Assembly (NCBI RefSeq): GCF_011745625.1 | Contig: NW_027191466.1 | Location: forward strand, 372,001 to 436,000 | DNA from: Cladosporium halotolerans | Lineage: Eukaryota | DNA length: 64,000 bases | Direction: 5' to 3' | Shown here: piece after piece, positions 57,477 through 64,000 of the stretch | How positions within the stretch are numbered: the stretch's first letter is position 1 | How the letters are laid out: every line of letters begins with the position of its first letter | The notes under the pieces: model-generated | What the model was told of the DNA's origin: nothing | Databases searched by the model: none | What the model saw: only the letters and a program-made list of their open reading frames with translations | Made by a program: the position numbers and the translations under genes

Positions 57477-58719
57477 ATGTCGGAGGGCATGTTCTACAAT
57501 GTTACCGCCGGGTACATCGAGGGTATCGTGCGCGGCTACCGCAACACGCTGCTCACCGGCCAGAGCTACGGCAACTTGACACAATGCGAGACAATCGACG
57601 GTATGCAATACAGGAGACAATGCGCTTGAATTACACAGCAATATCATGATACTGACTGTCCTGCTAGATGTCAAGCTGCAGCTCGGCCCTGCCTACGGCG
57701 ACTACCTCGCGTCCCTCCCTCCCAACCCTTCGACCTCCGCCCTCGCCGACAAAGCCATGGACAAGCTCGTCGCCGAGTTTCGATACCTCCAAGCCAATGC
57801 CACAGGGTCGCTTGCCAAGTTCATGGAGTACTTGACATACGCATACATGATCGACAACGTGGCCCTGCTCATTACCGGCACCCTCCACGAGCGCGACACC
57901 CGGGAGCTGTTGGAGCGCTGCCACCCCCTCGGCTGGTTCGAGACCATGCCCGCACTTTGCGTCGCCACCAACATCGAAGAGCTGTACAACTCCGTCCTCA
58001 TTGAGACTCCTCTGGCGCCGTACTTCAAGGGCAGCCTTAGCCATCAGGATCTCGACGAGCTGAACATCGAGATCGTGCGCAACACCCTGTATAAGAACTA
58101 CCTTGAGGACTTTCACCGCTTTGTCAACGAGGACCCCGACATCAAGGGCACACCCACATGCGAGGTCATGAGCGAGATCCTGGAGTTCGAGGCCGACCGC
58201 CGCAGCATCAACATCACCATCAACTCGTTCGGCACCGAGCTCACAAAGACCGACCGCAAGAAGCTCTACCCGAACTTCGGCCGCTTGCACCCGGAAGGCA
58301 CTCTCATGCTCTCGCGTGCGGACGACCCTGAAGGTGTACGGATCGCGGTCGATGGTGTGGCGGACTACAGGACTATGCTCGACCAGACCGGCATGGGCGG
58401 CTCCAGCGGCGGAATTGGAAACCAGAGTGGTGGTATTGGTGGCGACGAGGGCAAGAGTTTGGAAGACTTGTTCTACCAGAAGGAGATGGAGATCAGCAAG
58501 CTGGCGTTCACTCACCAGTTCACGCACTCTATCGTCTACGCGTGGTTGAAGCTGAGGGAACAGGTATGTGTCAATGAGAGTGCTCTAGTACGAGGAAACT
58601 ACACGACGAGTGGCAAGCTGACATATATCTTCTAGGAAATCCGCAACATCACCTGGATCTCTGAGTGCATCGCTCAAAACCAGAAAGACAGGATCGGCAA
58701 CTACATCTCCGTGTTTTAA
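57477..58719 (+). CDS. VMA6: V-ATPase V0 subunit d; introns 57601..57667, 58564..58635
   Basis: GYIEGIVRGYRN..LTQCETID-D, YMIDNVALLITG, CHPLGWF, FEADRRSINITINSFGTEL and EQ-EIRNITWISECIAQNQK. Confidence 0.97.
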
Positions 58720-58954
58720 AGAAAGATGGCTGCCCAGATACATCAGTGCCTCTTGTGCGGGTTTTGTGCATTTCCAATGGCGTTCGAGGAGCGAGAGCAG
58801 GGAAAAGACTTCTTGTCGAGATATTTTTGACTTATCTTTTGTGTGAGATACCAAGCGTGTAGAATTCAATCGACCAGCCTGATCACCAGGAAAGACACGG
58901 ACGCGTTCTATCTCTCACCAATACTCAACCATCAGCACATCTAGCCACACAACC

Positions 58955-59782
58955 TCACCTCAACGCCCTCAGCAAGACCTCCTCAAACTCCTCCGGCCTC
59001 TGCATAGGCGGAATATGTCCCGCCTCCTCCAGCACCACAAACTCCGCCCCCTCAATCCCCTCCGCAATCCCCCTCAAAACCTCCACGCTCGACGCCGTGT
59101 CCCTCCCGCCCGCTACAACCACACACCTCACCCCACGCAACCTCCCCAACTCCGCCGCATAATCATACCCCCTGATCGCATCCGCAAGCACCCTATACCC
59201 CTCCAGCGAGCACGTCCGCGTATGCCCCAGCGCCGCCTCCCGCGCCGCCACATCCCGCGCCCCATCCCCCGGCACCCACCGCGCCGCCGTCGCGCGGCAC
59301 AGCGAGTCGCCGCCCGAAGACACATCGCTCTCGAACTGCGCGATCCGCTCGCTCCAGACGCTCTTCGTCGCTTCCGGCGAAGTGATCCCCGGCGCGCACA
59401 GCGAGACCGCCACGTCGACTTCCTCGGGATACAGCATCGCGTACCGCAGCGCCAGCACGCCGCCGATCGAGCAGCCCACGACGGCTTTCAGGCGGCTGGC
59501 GGGAGCGAAGCGTGAAGCGATGGCGTGCATGTGCCGGGCGATGTCGTCCGTGCTGTAGGACTTGGTTGGATCTGAGGGAGGGGGTGTGGCGTTGTGGCCG
59601 ATGTGATCGAAGAGGAGGGTTTGGTGGCCGGCGGCGTGGAGGGCGCGGACGGTGGAATCCCACATGTGGGAGTTGGACATGAGGGCGTGGGTTAGGAGGA
59701 TGGTGAAGGGGGAGGTGCTGGGGCCGGAGATGGTGATGTGGTATGTTATTCCGTCGTCTGTTGTGAGGTTGTGGGTGGGCAT
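58955..59782 (-). CDS. Alpha/beta hydrolase, 3-oxoadipate enol-lactonase (PcaD/CatD)-like
   Basis: HALMS oxyanion region, DHIGH, nucleophile elbow GCSIGG, W..RI, RW, AGGRD and AGHIPPMQRPEEF; intronless. Confidence 0.8.
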   Translation of the reverse strand: MPTHNLTTDDGITYHITISGPSTSPFTILLTHALMSNSHMWDSTVRALHAAGHQTLLFDHIGHNATPPPSDPTKSYSTDDIARHMHAIASRFAPASRLKAVVGCSIGGVLALRYAMLYPEEVDVAVSLCAPGITSPEATKSVWSERIAQFESDVSSGGDSLCRATAARWVPGDGARDVAAREAALGHTRTCSLEGYRVLADAIRGYDYAAELGRLRGVRCVVVAGGRDTASSVEVLRGIAEGIEGAEFVVLEEAGHIPPMQRPEEFEEVLLRALR

Positions 59783-60627
59783 TTTTGGTGGGCTTGGGTG
59801 ACGGGGGGACGGTGAGAGGTTGTGATTTGTGGGATGGCTGATGAGAAGCTTTGATATAAATCGGATGTCTATCGTCTATGGCTTTCAATTGAAGTGTGCT
59901 TTTCTTCCGTGTTGTGAGTCTCCCTATGTTGTGGCTTCCGAGGTCTTTCTTTCAGTCCCCGCCTCTATGAAGTGTGGAGACTCTATACAGGGTAACCCCA
60001 ACCCTAACCCTACGAACCATGACCTTTTGTAGTCTAGGATCGTTCCTGTGTAAATGATCCATCTAGTGGCTATTTACTGCTGGATCAGCGAATATCACAT
60101 CGCTCGGTCAATTAAGAAATGGCCTCTTTTCGACGGTAATGTCATATAAGTGCCGTTCAAGGTTGGTCGTCGTCGTTGATTTGCATTACAAGTGGTCATT
60201 TTTGTGCTCAGTCGCCTACCAGTCGGTGCATTGTCGTAATACGACACAAAAACTGACCGCTGCTCTTAGCGGTATGGCATTTTATTTCACGGACAGCCTG
60301 AACCCAAGCATGACATGGGCGTAGAAGCTATCGCCGGGGTTATATACAAATAATGCATCATATCATCGCCTTTGTCCTCAATTGACTGGCCATCAAAAGC
60401 CCACCCAAAATAGATGACGTCGGATTTCGGCACGATCCTACGCCCGTTAGCGCGCGTCTCCGCCACTCCAACTGCAACTCCAGGCAACAACTCCTTCCAA
60501 CACAGCCTACTTCACATACATTACCTACCTTTACTTTCCCTCACACCCTCGACATTATCCACATTCCCTTTGTAATCACACCTCCTTCTTCTCATACCTG
60601 AATACCTCACGACTTCGACCCGCCACC

Positions 60628-61826
60628 ATGTCTGGCGTTCATGGCCAAATGCTGGGCCACCTCGTCCGTCGCGGCGTGTCTGCCGCCCAGGTGCACTTCT
60701 CCGAAGCAGGTCCAGAGCCCACCGATGGCGGTAAAACTATCATCGTTGACTTCAACCCGCGGAAATACCTGCCTGTCATGATCGTGGGCATTATTACTGC
60801 CCTTCTGATCGCATCCGTACGCCTCTCCAGCTGCCATCACATGACGCGCCGGGCTAACCACTCTCACAGGTCCGCTACACTCTTGGTGAAGTGATCGCTT
60901 CTCTTGCCATGATCGAGTCGCCCTCTGCTACTGCCATCATCGAGTCCAAGCCTCAGAAGTATGCCGATGAGCCGGATGCGCCGCTCGAGAAAGAGTCTAT
61001 GCTGCCGGCAGAGGCAACGGCGGACCAGGATATCGAGATTACTGTCGTCAACCACAAGCCGGTCACTGCCAGAATCTCTACGGCCATCCGCCACCTCCAC
61101 AGCGTCGGTGGCTTCTTCGGGCGCTGGAGGGGAGCGGGTGTTGGTGCTGTCTACCACATGCTTCACGCCATCATGACCAACTTCCTTGCCGGCTTCATCG
61201 GCTTTGGAATTGCTGGCCACGCACTCATGCACATCTTTTCGTCTCTCGCCCTTGCTCGTGTCCACATGGCCTGGACTCACAGCATGATCGCCGCCCCCAG
61301 CAGCAAGTCTTGGTTGCGCCGCATGGTCCCCCGTAAGCAATGCAAGGCCATCCTTCTTCCGACTCTGGCCTTCGCTGTCTCCCAGCAGGTCACTGTTATT
61401 ATGCCCATCGCTGTTGCTTTCGCATTTGGCCTTCCTCAGCACATGCAGAATGGAAGCTTCGACTTTGTGAACACCGAGCTTTCCCGCGCGGACGCTGCTT
61501 ACTGGATGTTCGCTCTGCTGTCTATCCCTCTGACCGCCATCTTCGTTGCACTGGCCATTCTCCTCCCTGCGTCGGTCACTCTGACCCGCATTGAGGCAGC
61601 TCTCCTTCCTGAGGACCAGGAGACTATCGTCCCCTTCGACCGTAGCCTTGTCCTCGGTGACCTCGACCTTCAGACTCGTGGCGCATGTCGCTCCGTCTTT
61701 TTGCAGGCCTGGAAGTCTTTCGAGCCCGCCGCTAGACTCAGGCTCATCAAGCTCTACGCCCAGATGTTCTGTCTCCAGATCTTCATCGGCCTTGGTGGCG
61801 TTGTCCTCATGGCGTTCTTCATGTAA
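60628..61826 (+). CDS. Multi-pass membrane protein of unknown function; intron 60817..60869
   Basis: The canonical intron GTACGC..GCTAAC..CAG joins two ORFs in frame. Several hydrophobic segments; motif TRIEAALLPEDQETIVPFDR. Confidence 0.85.
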
Positions 61827-62619
61827 AGCGCAAAACATGAAAGTAGCGACAAGATTGGAAGCCAGACACCAGGAGTACCTCACCCAGCTTAGTTTTCCTT
61901 TATTCTATACATCAACATTCAATCCATCTCACACAGAATTTACAATTTCAGTCTCTCAATTCTCACTGCGAAAACGAAGATTCGTAACACGGCAATCAGG
62001 CAAGGCAAAGGACGGAGCAGCCGGCAATGCTGCCATAGAGGCATATAAACTCCGCATAAAATGACGGCATGACGGAGATCTGCAAGAGAATAGAGAAAGA
62101 TTGCCGACATTCAGGCGCGTTCCTTGCATAAGCGTATGTTGGGTGCACGAAGATTCTTCTTATCGCCACGTTTGCCTCTAAGATGCCGCATTCCGAGAGG
62201 CATATTTGATAATGGCGTGGACCAGAGCCTGTACCCCTCTCTCAAAGAGCGCCACAAAAAAGCAAAGCGGCAGGTCGAAACGCTCTTCGTTGAGCTGACG
62301 TTGCTTGGAAGGGCAGCCGCAGCAGACGCGCGGGGTGGCTCGACTTTCCCCCGCCCAAACTGCCCCAATCTTCCTCAAATCGTGGGTCGGAAACAAGACT
62401 CTCGACATCACCGCTACGAATAGTGACCTCGAGCCCTGTCACCCAACCCTCTTCGCTAGTAAATACCACTTCGTCACTGTGCTGTGCTGTTCCTGTCTAC
62501 TGAAGGTTTGTTTCGCGTTGACACATTTCCTCTCTCAATCTCTACTTGCCCTTTGTGCCTTTCCAGTTTAGCTTTACTGGACCTGCACCTGTACCAATCC
62601 GTCTACGTTCACCCAAGGG

Positions 62620-63871
62620 ATGGCCAAATTCGAACCGCCTCTGCCTAATCCGGCGTTGTTTACCAATGAGCAGCATGAGATCTTCATGGGAGAGTCGCCG
62701 GAGCTCGACCCTAAACCAAACGAATGTATAGTCCATGTAAGATGTAACGGGATTTGCGGGTAAGCTCACATCATCCCAACAAGACACATTCGACGAAGCG
62801 CCCTGACCAACGATGCTTCCAGCTCCGATGTTCACTTCTGGCACACTGGCCGCATCGGCAGCCTCGAAATCCAAGCCCAACACTGCCTGGGCCACGAAGG
62901 CGCCGGCGAGGTCGTCTGGACCGGCTCGGACGTCGCCCATCTGAAACCTGGCGACCGCGTCTCCATCGAGCCTGGCGTCCCCTGCGGCCACTGCTTCGAG
63001 TGTACCAGCGGCCACTACAACCTGTGCCTCGACGTCAAGTTCTCCGGTGTCCCGCCGCACACCGGCAGCATGCGCCGCTACCACGTCCACCACGCCGACT
63101 ACCTCCACAAGATGCCCGACCAGCTGACCTACGCGGACGGCGCGCTGCTGGAGCCCTTAAGCGTGTCGCTGAGAGGGTTCGAGCGTGGCCCGCTCAAGCT
63201 GGGCGAGGCGGGCGTCGTTTTCGGCGCGGGGCCGATCGGGCTTATTTCTCTCGCTATTGCGAAGGCGGCTGGTGCGTGTCCTTTGATCATCACGGACCTG
63301 GACCGCGGGAGGCTGGATTTTGCCGAGAAATTCGTGCCTGGCGCCGTTGGCTTGCAGGTCGACCTGAGCAGGTCTCCGCAGGAGATGGCGGTCGTTGTGC
63401 GTGAGGCTGTCGCGGAGAAGGGAGGCGATGTGCCTCGCTTGGTATATGAGTGTACGGGCATACAGAGCAGTGTCATCACTGCTTCGTATGTGCCAAGGCC
63501 TGCGGGTGAGGTGATTGTCATTGGTGTCGGAAAATCGATCATGAATGAGCTGCCTTTCATGCACTTGTCGATGGCGGAGGTGAGTCTTCCCAGAACTGCT
63601 GGTCCCAGCCAGAGCCATGCTGACATGACAACAGGTCGATCTCAAATTTATCAATCGCTACCACCACTCGTGGCCCACAGCGATGCGCCTTCTCGCGCAC
63701 GGCGTGCTCGATCTCAAACAACTCATCACGCACCGGTATCCCTTGGAGAAGGCCGACGAGGCTCTGAAGGCTTCGGCTGATAGGTCATCGGGTTCGATCA
63801 AGATCCACATCGAAGACGGAGATGCGCAGCAGGTTGGCGGTGGAGTCGTACTGAATCGGGCGTATCTCTAG
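62620..63871 (+). CDS. Zn-dependent polyol dehydrogenase (L-arabinitol 4-dehydrogenase / sorbitol dehydrogenase family); introns 62760..62822, 63580..63634
   Basis: GICG-SDVHFW, GHEGAG, GDRVSIEPGVPCGHCFECTSGHYNLC, LLEPLSV, GAGPIG, ECTG and KFINRY. Confidence 0.93.
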
Positions 63872-64000
63872 ATTTTGATTGGAGAAATTGTTAGACGACA
63901 TCTCTCCATCGTGATTGTTCCGTCCTGCCTCGGGTGATACGTGGGAGCGAGGGGGTAGTTGGTCTTTATACAGGCGTGGGTGTCGCCCTTGCCTTCGCCG

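Noticed and set aside
2138..58719. RAV1 and VMA6 as a V-ATPase gene cluster
   Set aside because: They are 51 kb apart with many unrelated genes between; most likely coincidental linkage.

Overview
Gene-dense euchromatic region of a filamentous ascomycete (Pezizomycotina; Dothideomycete-like is my inference). It has short GT-AG introns with CTRAC branch sites. About 22 protein-coding genes can be supported: a laccase (5'-truncated), RAV1, two C2H2 transcription factors, a GT69 mannosyltransferase, TIP41, an HD 5'-deoxynucleotidase, augmin HAUS6, an extended Hub1-like protein, an acyl-CoA dehydrogenase, MSS116/CYT-19, a large J-domain protein, an FAH-family enzyme, kinesin-1, RAD6, DGK1, HIS5, VMA6, a PcaD-like hydrolase, a polyol dehydrogenase and three hypothetical proteins. 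I recognised no tRNA, rRNA, transposon or CRISPR array. The most interesting signals are: a 498-nt in-frame, stop-free intron (exitron-like) in the J-protein gene; a Hub1/UBL5 domain fused to an RS/RD-rich region; recurrent ~1-kb C/A-rich to G/T-rich skew switches independent of gene strand; a hairpin/pseudoknot candidate in a long intergenic region; and an uncharacterised Cys-motif protein. All family assignments come from motif recognition by eye; no database searches were run.
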